Of a stretch of 64,000 bases of DNA, positions 27,057-35,424 are shown piece after piece. Every line of letters starts with the position of its first letter. Position 1 is the stretch's first letter. The DNA is taken from NCBI GenBank assembly GCA_045106895.1, contig JBGCFM010000062.1, positions 96,001-160,000 on the forward strand, written 5' to 3'. The position numbers and the translations under genes were made by a program. Below the pieces are notes generated by a model. The model had not been told where the DNA came from. It ran no database searches and worked only from the letters and a program-made list of their open reading frames with translations. This DNA comes from Polyangiales bacterium (GTDB taxonomy: Bacteria > Myxococcota_A > Polyangia > Polyangiales > Houyiibacteriaceae).

Positions 27057-28112
27057 ATGAGCGAAACGACCGAAGAAGTCCAAGAAGAAGCCAAAACCGA
27101 CGAGGTCCAATCGGCCAGCGAGGAGGAGCCCACGAACTTCGGACTCTTGGGCCTGCGAAGCGCCATCGGCGGCCTCCTCATGGGTCTCGCCAACCTCGTC
27201 CCTGGCATCAGTGGCGGCACCATGCTCCTGGCTTCCGGCGTCTACCTGCGCTTCATCGACGCCATCGCAGAGGTATCGCGTCTCAAGTTTCGTAAGGCTT
27301 CCCTCTTCGTTCTCGGCACCATCGTGGTGACGGCGGCGGCGGCCATCTTGGTCTTTTCGGGGCCGGTTAAAGACCTCGTCGTGAGCCACCGCTGGGTGAT
27401 GTACAGCCTCTTCATCGGACTGACCCTGGGCGGCGTCCCCCTCGTCTGGAAGCTTGCCAGACCTGCCACCGGCGCCACGTGGGGCGGCGCTTTGGTCGGC
27501 TTCGGCATTCTTGCGGGCCTCGGATTCACCAGCGTCTCCGCCGGCGCGAACACCGGCTTCCTGCTCATGTTCATCGCGGGTGTCGCGGGCGCGAGCGCGA
27601 TGATTCTCCCAGGCGTCAGCGGCGGCTACCTCTTGGTGTTGATGGGGGCCTACGTTCCGATCCTCAGCGGCATCGACGCATTCAAAGAAGGCCTCAAGGC
27701 GCGCTCCATGGACGCCATCATGGGCCCCGCGATGGACGTGGTTCTTCCCGTTGGGCTGGGCGTCGTCGTCGGCGTCCTCGTGGTCTCGAACGGCCTAAAG
27801 TTTGTTCTCGAGCGATACGAAAAGGCGACCCTCGGCGTTCTCCTGGGGTTCCTCGTCGGCAGTGTCGTAGGCCTCTGGCCGTTCCAGCAGGGCGTTGAAC
27901 CTGTCATCGGAGGCTTGGACGCCCGCGGACGCACCGTGACCCCCGAGCTTCTCGAAGAGCTCACGCCCGAAAAGTGGCCCACCGAGTTCTTCACGCCAAG
28001 CGGCGGACAAATCGGGGCGGCCCTCGGCCTCATCGTCGTCGGCACGCTCATCACCATGGCCGTGGCCAAGGTCGGCGCCGGCAAAGACGAGCTCAAGAAG
28101 AAGAAAGCCTAA
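27057..28112 (+). CDS. DUF368 family membrane protein (putative undecaprenyl-phosphate translocase)
   Basis: GLLMGLANLVPGISGGT and AMILPGVSGG repeated motifs; multiple TM helices. Confidence 0.9.
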   Translation: MSETTEEVQEEAKTDEVQSASEEEPTNFGLLGLRSAIGGLLMGLANLVPGISGGTMLLASGVYLRFIDAIAEVSRLKFRKASLFVLGTIVVTAAAAILVFSGPVKDLVVSHRWVMYSLFIGLTLGGVPLVWKLARPATGATWGGALVGFGILAGLGFTSVSAGANTGFLLMFIAGVAGASAMILPGVSGGYLLVLMGAYVPILSGIDAFKEGLKARSMDAIMGPAMDVVLPVGLGVVVGVLVVSNGLKFVLERYEKATLGVLLGFLVGSVVGLWPFQQGVEPVIGGLDARGRTVTPELLEELTPEKWPTEFFTPSGGQIGAALGLIVVGTLITMAVAKVGAGKDELKKKKA

Positions 28113-28155
28113 ACGAAGGCGGGAATAGACCCCTCACGAGGGGCATTCCATCGCC

Positions 28156-29013
28156 ATGGAGACACGTTTCCCTTGGCACTGGAAAGAAGGACGCACCGAG
28201 CGTCTTGTGGCGAGCGCTTGTATTCTGTGTGCGGCGCTCGCGGCTCCGGCTTTCGTTTCCGCGATCCTCCACGACCAATCGACGTACAACACGGCGAAGG
28301 ATGGGGTGCCACTCGTGCTGAGCACGGCTCTCTGGGCCTGGTGCTTCCATCGTTTCCTTTGGAAACGAAGCCTGAGCCACGCGTTCTGGTTGGGCCCGCT
28401 TCTCGGTGCGCTCAACGCCGGTACGACCTTTGGACTTTCATCCTTCGTCGCCGGCCAAGGAGCAGGTTCCGCGGTTGGGGGCCTGCTCGTCGGTTCGGTG
28501 TTCGGGACCTTCATTGGGGGTGGCCCCCTCGGCATTGGTTTCGCTGCGGTCTTGGCCAGCTACATCAAAGCCGTTCGATACCGAATCGCCACCGGTGCTA
28601 CGGCGGCGTCGCTCCACGTGTTGCGCGCGAGCGCGTGGCTCTTCGCTTTCGGCGGTGGTTGCTGCACCTACCTCCAGCTACGGCCGCAAGCAGACCTCTC
28701 TTGGCCCACAAGCGCGCTCCTGGTCGTGGGCTTGGTCATTGCGCTCATCGCCCTCGTCGCACACCTGCACGCCATCTTGTGGACGCGGAGCGTGCGTGCT
28801 GGCTCGAAGCGCGCGCACATTCGGCGCGATGAGTTCGACGCGGAGCTAGTCGTCCTCGAAGTTCGCGGCGCCGAAGAAGGCGCCTTTCGCACCCCAGAGC
28901 ACGAGCGAGTCCTTGGATACCTACCGCAGCATCTCGGCTTCGGCGCCGCTCAATGCACAGCGGCGACGGCCGCCCTCATCACGGCTCTCGTCGTCCTCAA
29001 TACGCTCGCGTGA
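28156..29013 (+). CDS. Hypothetical multi-pass membrane protein
   Basis: 285 aa with about 7 hydrophobic segments. Confidence 0.6.
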   Translation: METRFPWHWKEGRTERLVASACILCAALAAPAFVSAILHDQSTYNTAKDGVPLVLSTALWAWCFHRFLWKRSLSHAFWLGPLLGALNAGTTFGLSSFVAGQGAGSAVGGLLVGSVFGTFIGGGPLGIGFAAVLASYIKAVRYRIATGATAASLHVLRASAWLFAFGGGCCTYLQLRPQADLSWPTSALLVVGLVIALIALVAHLHAILWTRSVRAGSKRAHIRRDEFDAELVVLEVRGAEEGAFRTPEHERVLGYLPQHLGFGAAQCTAATAALITALVVLNTLA

Positions 29014-29026
29014 GTCCACGCGCGCG

Positions 29027-29740
29027 CTATCCATTCGGCATCGTGAGGTACGCCATCATGGAGCGGATCATCTCCTTCGACGTCGCCTCATCGCTCACTT
29101 CCTGCACGACATCCGTGTGGGCGTAGAGAGACCGAATGTCGCGGACGGCGAAGGCCTGACTGAGCGCAAAACGAACGGCCTGTTCAGGATCCGGGTGGGT
29201 GATCTCGTCACGCCTCATCAACAGAAGCGCCGCAACGGAGTCCGTGACTTCGCGGCGAAAGTCGAACGCCGGAGCCCACGCATCAGGGTTGCGCGCCGTC
29301 GCCTCGAGGATCGCTGCCTGAAGACGCTCGCGACCCCGTGAGTTCTCGGCGTACGCGTAGATGAGCGCGTGGATGATCGCGCGGAGAGGAACGCCGTCCC
29401 ATCGCTCCGGATTGAGGAGCTCCCCAACCTGGTCATTGATGCGCCCAAGCTCCCGTTCATGAAGGGCGCGCAGCAGCTCGTCCTTGTCGCGGAATCGCGC
29501 ATAGAACCCGCCGACGGAGCTCTTCGCCTCGCGCACGATGGACGCGATGGACACGCCAGCCAGCCCATCACGGCAGATGAGCTTCTCCGCGGCATCGAGG
29601 AGCCTTTGGAGGGTCGCCTCGGAACGCCCCTGCTTGGGCCGGGCGACGCTTCGAAGATCCGAGGCAAGCCCCAGGACGCCCTTAATTACGGCGCCTTTCG
29701 CTTTTCTGGTCTTTTTTTGAGTGGTGGACTTGTCAGACAT
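29027..29740 (-). CDS. TetR/AcrR family regulator
   Basis: PKQGRSEATLQRLLDAA..SIASIVREAKSSVGGFYARFRDKDELL HTH; divergent from the P450. Confidence 0.9.
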   Translation of the reverse strand: MSDKSTTQKKTRKAKGAVIKGVLGLASDLRSVARPKQGRSEATLQRLLDAAEKLICRDGLAGVSIASIVREAKSSVGGFYARFRDKDELLRALHERELGRINDQVGELLNPERWDGVPLRAIIHALIYAYAENSRGRERLQAAILEATARNPDAWAPAFDFRREVTDSVAALLLMRRDEITHPDPEQAVRFALSQAFAVRDIRSLYAHTDVVQEVSDEATSKEMIRSMMAYLTMPNG

Positions 29741-29774
29741 GAAGTGAGGCCGCACTCTAGCAGAGACCAAAAGA

Positions 29775-29787
29775 AGAATCCGATTCT
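29775..29787. promoter_or_regulatory. Candidate TetR operator
   Basis: Perfect inverted repeat AGAATC-C-GATTCT in an AT-rich spacer between divergent TetR and P450 genes. Confidence 0.5.
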
Positions 29788-29838
29788 GTTTCTTGAATAA
29801 GTTCCCGAGACCGGATTTCGAGACAAAGGCACGACCTG

Positions 29839-31398
29839 ATGAACCACGCCGCAAAACACACGCCCTCGCCGCAGCTGCTCAGCGAGCGCGCCCGCCACAT
29901 GGCCGACGAACGAGCCGAGAACGCTCGCCTTCCGCCAGAGCTCCGCGCCATCAACCCGTCGGCGTTTCTGAACCCACCGAAGGCGCCCGGCGACGCCTTG
30001 CTCGCCCCGGAGCCTCCAGGCGCGCTCCCCCTGCTCGGACACGCCCGCGCCATCGCGTTGGGCCAAGGCAGCAAGACGCTCGACAAGTTCGTGGAGCTCC
30101 GCGAGAACCACGGAGATGTCGTGCGGCTGCGCTTCGCGTCCCTCGTCGTGCACCTGGTGTCGAATCCGGATCTAATTCGCCAGGTTCTCCGCGAGAGCAA
30201 TACCTACACGAAGGAGACGCGCGGCATCTACAAGATGCGTCTCGTTCTCGGCAACGGCCTGGTCACCAGCCAGGGCCCTTCGTGGCTCCGTAACCGGCGC
30301 ATCGCGCAGCCCGCCTTCGCGAAGAAACGCATCGCCGGCTTCGCCGAGACCATGGCGAGCGCATCTCAGGATATGGTCGACGCGTGGACAGAAGGCGAGA
30401 CCATCGACATTCACCAAGAGATGATGCGGGTCACTTTGAGGATCATCGCCGCGACGATGTTGAGCGCCGACGTCACGAACGAAAGCGACCGCGTCGGCGA
30501 AGCCGTGAGCTACGTCGTCGAAGACATCAACCGACGCCTCAACTCGGTCCTCGACGTCCCGCAGAAGATCCCAACGCACCGCAACCGTAAGTTCCAAAAG
30601 GCGATGGACACCCTCGACGAAGTGGTCCTCGGCACCATCGAGGAGCGACGCGTCAGCGAGCCTAAAAACGACCTTCTTCAGATGTTCATGGAGTCCGTCG
30701 ACTCCGACACCGGCGAGACCATGGACGACGCGCAGCTGCGCGACGAAGTGATGACGATCTTCCTCGCAGGCCACGAGACCACCGCCAACGCCCTCACCTG
30801 GGCGCTCTATCTCCTGTCGAAGAACCCTGGTGTCGCGCGCGCCGTTCGCGAGGAGGTGCGGAACGTGGCCGGAGACGAACCCATCTCCGCTGCTCATACG
30901 CGACAGCTCGACCTCACGGGGCGTGTCCTCCAAGAGGCCATGCGCCTGTACCCGCCAGTGTGGATGACAGCGCGCTCACCCAACGCTGACGTCACTCTGG
31001 GCGGCTATCATATCCCCGAAGGAAGCCTCATCCTCGCGAGCCCTTACGTCACACACCGCCACCCCGACCATTGGGAAGACCCAGAAGGTTTTGACCCGGA
31101 CCGCTTCCTCGCGGAGAAGAGCAAGGACCGAAACCGATCAGCGTACTTCCCATTCGGCGGCGGCCCGCGCATCTGCATCGGCAATCACTTCGCCATGATG
31201 GAAGCGCAGATCATTCTCGGCACGATCCTGCGTGACAACCGACTCGATCTCGTGCCCGGCGCGAATATCGAGATGGAGCCCGTCGTCACGCTGCGGCCAA
31301 AAGACGGAATGCCGATGCGGCCTTTCGCGGTGAAGAACACGACGCCGACGAACTCCAACGATCCCTCGAAGCCAGAAGCGCCGACGGAAGCGGCGTAG
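29839..31398 (+). CDS. Cytochrome P450
   Basis: AGHETT I-helix, EAMR (ExxR), FDPDRF, FGGGPRICIG heme ligand; alternative start at 29899. Confidence 0.95.
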   Translation: MNHAAKHTPSPQLLSERARHMADERAENARLPPELRAINPSAFLNPPKAPGDALLAPEPPGALPLLGHARAIALGQGSKTLDKFVELRENHGDVVRLRFASLVVHLVSNPDLIRQVLRESNTYTKETRGIYKMRLVLGNGLVTSQGPSWLRNRRIAQPAFAKKRIAGFAETMASASQDMVDAWTEGETIDIHQEMMRVTLRIIAATMLSADVTNESDRVGEAVSYVVEDINRRLNSVLDVPQKIPTHRNRKFQKAMDTLDEVVLGTIEERRVSEPKNDLLQMFMESVDSDTGETMDDAQLRDEVMTIFLAGHETTANALTWALYLLSKNPGVARAVREEVRNVAGDEPISAAHTRQLDLTGRVLQEAMRLYPPVWMTARSPNADVTLGGYHIPEGSLILASPYVTHRHPDHWEDPEGFDPDRFLAEKSKDRNRSAYFPFGGGPRICIGNHFAMMEAQIILGTILRDNRLDLVPGANIEMEPVVTLRPKDGMPMRPFAVKNTTPTNSNDPSKPEAPTEAA

Positions 31399-31446
31399 TG
31401 AGGCGAGCGGCGCGCTAGGGAACCGAGGGCCCCGGGCTCCTCGCTC

Positions 31447-31782
31447 TTACTCCGCCTCGTCGGCGGACTCGTTGAGTTCCCCGCGCGCGGCCTTGTCGAG
31501 CCAAATGCGGATCTCTTTTTCGACGTAGCCGAGCGCCAGCTTCTTGAATGGGCGGAAGAGTAGAGGAACGTCTAGGTCCATCAAGACCTTTCCGGGCACG
31601 AGCTCCATCGTTCCTTCGAGGGTGACCATCTTGACGGTGAAGGTGACGTCGCAGTGCGTGTCACTCGTCCAATTCGCCGTGGGCTTGAACTCTGCGTATT
31701 CAACGCTGTAAACGGCGTACGCTTTTTCCGCCGCGAGGCGCGCCAGAGGGATATCGAGTTGGTGTTCTACAGCGTGCTGCAT
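31447..31782 (-). CDS. Small hypothetical protein, resembles PHA-granule-region family
   Basis: 111 aa; MQHAVEHQL start and DLDVPLLFRPFK..EKEI..WL pattern. Confidence 0.5.
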   Translation of the reverse strand: MQHAVEHQLDIPLARLAAEKAYAVYSVEYAEFKPTANWTSDTHCDVTFTVKMVTLEGTMELVPGKVLMDLDVPLLFRPFKKLALGYVEKEIRIWLDKAARGELNESADEAE

Positions 31783-31837
31783 CCGGAAACCTTTATCATA
31801 GAAGCTGCGAGAGAGACGAGGGAAGTGAGCGCGGCAT

Positions 31838-32761
31838 TCATCCGTTGAGGCGGCGCCACGCCACACGAAGTCGACGCTCACCGGCCTTATTCGCGACGTT
31901 CATGATGGGAAGGTCGCGCTCAAAACGTGTTCGAACCGTTGGCTCTACGGCGCTCCACGGGAGGCTCTCGATGAGAGCAGCGAGACGCCTCTGGATGCCG
32001 CCGACGGCGACGTGAACAGCGGCGTCGAGAGGATCGACGAGGCAAAGTGGGAAGATCGCTGCGGCGAACGCCGTCAGCGCTTCGAGCTCCGCCGGGCCCC
32101 AGCCGCTGAGTCGACCCATGCGCATGAGGTGTCCGACGATCGCCGCCGTGACATGAAGATCTTCGGTGGTCCGGAAAGGCTTTACGTACTCATCGTAGCC
32201 GTCGCCTTCGAGCACCTCGTCCATGCTGACGCGGACGCGTGTGAGCGAGAGTTGAGCGTGGGGGATCTCTGGAGCGAAGGGATAGTCCGGCCGAGGAATC
32301 AGCTCGACTCCTTCGCGCCCCGCAGGAACCCGCGCCACGCGAATGCGACGCCGTTCGTGATCATCAAGGCCGATGTGGCCGACGATAAGAAGCTCTTCGG
32401 CGTGCGCGCCGAGTGTCACGTGGGTTTTGTACCCGCTGACTTCGTAGGCGTCGCCCTTGAGTTCAAAGTGCGTATCGAGGGCGCTCGGCGCCGTGCCGCC
32501 TTTTTCCGTGATGCAGAACGCGGAGCGAACACCCACCAACACGGGAAAGAGCGCCCCGAGAGCTTCCTGGTAACCGCTCGCGAAAGCATAGCCCAAACGA
32601 TCCGCCGCGAAGCCGCCGGCAAAGGCGCGCGCCGCGTTGGTCGCAAATCGTCCGCCGACTTTTTCGTGGCGCTTCCACCACGCGTCGACGCTCGACATAG
32701 AGCTGACGTGTGGCGCATCCGCGAGCAGATGCCGAAGAACGTCGACGAGCTCTGAAGCCAT
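31838..32761 (-). CDS. Acyl-CoA dehydrogenase-like protein (short form)
   Basis: AFCITEKGG, VSGYKTHVT, GDGYDEYVKPFRTTED. Confidence 0.75.
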   Translation of the reverse strand: MASELVDVLRHLLADAPHVSSMSSVDAWWKRHEKVGGRFATNAARAFAGGFAADRLGYAFASGYQEALGALFPVLVGVRSAFCITEKGGTAPSALDTHFELKGDAYEVSGYKTHVTLGAHAEELLIVGHIGLDDHERRRIRVARVPAGREGVELIPRPDYPFAPEIPHAQLSLTRVRVSMDEVLEGDGYDEYVKPFRTTEDLHVTAAIVGHLMRMGRLSGWGPAELEALTAFAAAIFPLCLVDPLDAAVHVAVGGIQRRLAALIESLPWSAVEPTVRTRFERDLPIMNVANKAGERRLRVAWRRLNG

Positions 32762-32764
32762 CCG

Positions 32765-34603
32765 CTACTTCTTGCCGTCGCGCCGTGGGCGCCGGTTTGC
32801 CGCGAGCACCTTCTTGCGAACACGAACTGCGTCCGGAGTGATCTCGACGAGTTCATCCTGGTCGATCCACTCCATCGCCGTTTCGATGGTGAGAATCTTG
32901 TGGGGTGTGAGGATCGTGTTCTCGTCCTTGCCGGCGGTACGCACGTTCGTCAGCTTCTTCTCACGAACAGCGTTGACGTCGAGGTCGTTGGGCCGCGAGT
33001 GCTCACCGATAATCATGCCCTCGTACACCTTCGTGCTGGAGCCAACGAACATGACGCCGCGGGGCTGAAGGTTGAAGAGCGCGTAAGGCGTCGTCGAACC
33101 CGTTCGGTCCGCCACGAGTCCACCGTTCTTACGGCGAAGCATCGGTCCGGCGTAGGGCATCCAGCCGCCGTGGAGCGTGTTCAGCAGGCCGGTGCCGCGC
33201 GTTTCCGTGAGGAAGAGCGTTCGGAAGCCGATGAGACCGCGGCTTGGAACCGTGAACTCGATGCGGGCTCGGCCGTGGCCGAGGTTGTTCATTCCCGTCA
33301 TCTGGCCGCGGCGTTCGCCAAGGGCCTTGGTGACAGCGCCGACGTGGTTTTCGTCGACGTCGATGACGACGTGCTCAAGAGGCTCGTGCTCCTTGCCGTC
33401 GATCTCCTTGATGACCACCTCGGGCATGGAGAGGGCGATCTCGTAGCCCTCGCGACGCATCGTCTCCGCGAGGATCGCGAGCATCAGCTCACCGCGACCG
33501 TACACGAGGAACGCTTCCGCTTCATCGGTCTCTTCGACGCGAAGCGCAATGTTTCGCTGGCCTTCTTTGAAGAGGCGGTCACGAACGTGACGGCTCGTCA
33601 CGAACTTGCCGCTCTGCCCAGCGAAGGGGGACTTATTGACGAGGAAGCGCACCTTAATGGTGGGCTCGTCGACCTTGATGCGCTCGAGAGGCTCCGCCTG
33701 CTCCTGGGCGTCCGTCAGCGTGTCGCCGATGACGACCTCCGGGATGCCGCTGATGGCAATGATGTCGCCAGCGCTCGCCTCGTCGATGCGGACTCGGTCC
33801 ATGAGCTCAAAACCCCAGAGCGTTCCGATTTCGTGTGTCGTCACCTTGGAGTCGGCGCCAAGGAGCGCGACACGCTGGCGATGCTTCACCGAACCGCTTC
33901 GAATGCGGCCGATGGCAAGACGTCCAACGTAGTCGTCGTGGAGCGTGTTGTGCACGAGGATCTGAAGCGGACCATCCGGGTCTTCGCTCGGAGCGGGAAC
34001 GCGCTCGACGATGGTCTTGAAGAGCGGCTCAAGGCTGTCGGACTTCGTCTCCATGTCGTACTGGGCGATGCCGTCTTTGCCGATGGCGAAGATCGCGGCG
34101 AAGTCTGCCTGCTCGTCGCTGGCGCCGAGGTCACAGAAGAGGTCGAAGACCTCGTTCAGGGCCTCGTCAGGACGGGCGTCCTTACGGTCGATCTTGTTGA
34201 CGACCACGATGATCGGCATGTTGAGTTCGATGCACTTGCCCAAGACGAAGCGCGTCTGCGGCAGAGCGCCTTCAGCGGCGTCGACGAGGAGCAAGGCTCC
34301 ATCGGCCATACGCAAGGTACGCTCGACCTCACCACCGAAGTCGGCATGGCCGGGGGTATCGATGATGTTGATCTTGTGACCCTCCCAGCGCACCGAAGCG
34401 TGCTTGGCGAGGATGGTGATCCCACGCTCTCGCTCCAGGTCGTTGGAGTCCATGACGCGGTCTTTGACCGCCTCATTCTCGCGGAAAGCCCCGGTCTGCT
34501 TGAGCATGGCGTCGACGAGAGTCGTTTTTCCATGGTCAACGTGGGCGATGATCGCGATATTTCGAAGCATTTCGCGAGATGTAGCTGGAATTGGGTCGGC
34601 CAT
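32765..34603 (-). CDS. typA: Translational GTPase TypA/BipA
   Basis: NIAIIAHVDHGKTTLVD, ERERGITILAK, DTPGHADFGGEVER, NKID, GRGEL, KKLTNVR, ELVEITP. Confidence 0.97.
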   Translation of the reverse strand: MADPIPATSREMLRNIAIIAHVDHGKTTLVDAMLKQTGAFRENEAVKDRVMDSNDLERERGITILAKHASVRWEGHKINIIDTPGHADFGGEVERTLRMADGALLLVDAAEGALPQTRFVLGKCIELNMPIIVVVNKIDRKDARPDEALNEVFDLFCDLGASDEQADFAAIFAIGKDGIAQYDMETKSDSLEPLFKTIVERVPAPSEDPDGPLQILVHNTLHDDYVGRLAIGRIRSGSVKHRQRVALLGADSKVTTHEIGTLWGFELMDRVRIDEASAGDIIAISGIPEVVIGDTLTDAQEQAEPLERIKVDEPTIKVRFLVNKSPFAGQSGKFVTSRHVRDRLFKEGQRNIALRVEETDEAEAFLVYGRGELMLAILAETMRREGYEIALSMPEVVIKEIDGKEHEPLEHVVIDVDENHVGAVTKALGERRGQMTGMNNLGHGRARIEFTVPSRGLIGFRTLFLTETRGTGLLNTLHGGWMPYAGPMLRRKNGGLVADRTGSTTPYALFNLQPRGVMFVGSSTKVYEGMIIGEHSRPNDLDVNAVREKKLTNVRTAGKDENTILTPHKILTIETAMEWIDQDELVEITPDAVRVRKKVLAANRRPRRDGKK

Positions 34604-34685
34604 GGCGCGCGCTTGCTAGCACGCTCCTCCCCGGCGGTCACGTGAGTAGGTGAAACCCTTTCCATCTGCTGATATAGAGGGACCC

Positions 34686-35405
34686 ATGCGATTCGGTTTT
34701 CCCTTGGGTTTTCTGCTCCTTCTGGCCCTGGGCTGTGGCGACGACGACATGTCGTTTCCTGACGCTGGGCCCTCCGAAGACGCCGCCAGCGACACATCCG
34801 CGGACGTCGTCGCGGATGCTCCGGCGGACGTCCAGCCCGACGCTCCGGCAGATCGTCTGACGGAAATAGAGACGACCATGCCCGACGAGGACCCAATTGG
34901 GGGCTTTGCCGAGTGCACGGTGACGACGGCCCTCCACATGACCGGACGAGCCGGGCACATCACTCCGTGCGAGCCGCTCACCTACAGTCTCTCCACGCCG
35001 GCGAGCGGCGACCACTACTCGCGCTGGGCCGATTTTCGCCGATACGAGGAGCCCGTGCCTCAGGGATTCCTTGTTCACGCCATGGAACACGGCGCCATCG
35101 TTTTTCAGATCGGCTGCGGCGACGACTGCGGAACACTCCTAGAGACCATCGACGCGCTCATCGCGGCCCACGGAGATGACGAAGCGTGCGCGTCGAATGA
35201 CGTAAGCGCGCGCTTCATCGTCGTGCCGAACCCCGACCTAAGCGAAGGCGCCTTCGCGATGACTGCGTGGGAACACGTCTACCTCGGCACCTGTGTCCAC
35301 GAAGAGTCCATGGCGGCGTTCATCGAGGACCACTACGCGCAAGGCCCCGAGGACGTCTGCGCCCGCGGCTTCGACGGCGAAGGGCGTGGCGGCTGGTGCG
35401 AGTAG
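34686..35405 (+). CDS. DUF3105 family lipoprotein
   Basis: Lipobox LALGC; PASGDHY..W, LVHAMEHGAI, TAW, GPE motifs. Confidence 0.85.
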   Translation: MRFGFPLGFLLLLALGCGDDDMSFPDAGPSEDAASDTSADVVADAPADVQPDAPADRLTEIETTMPDEDPIGGFAECTVTTALHMTGRAGHITPCEPLTYSLSTPASGDHYSRWADFRRYEEPVPQGFLVHAMEHGAIVFQIGCGDDCGTLLETIDALIAAHGDDEACASNDVSARFIVVPNPDLSEGAFAMTAWEHVYLGTCVHEESMAAFIEDHYAQGPEDVCARGFDGEGRGGWCE

Positions 35406-35424
35406 CGGCGAATACCCGCGAGTC

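Noticed and set aside
28122..28149. Hairpin GGAAT..CCCCTC-AC-GAGGGG..ATTCC after DUF368
   Set aside because: No U tract and only one copy seen; not enough to call a terminator.
32900..34645. 581-aa plus-strand ORF
   Set aside because: Antisense shadow of typA.
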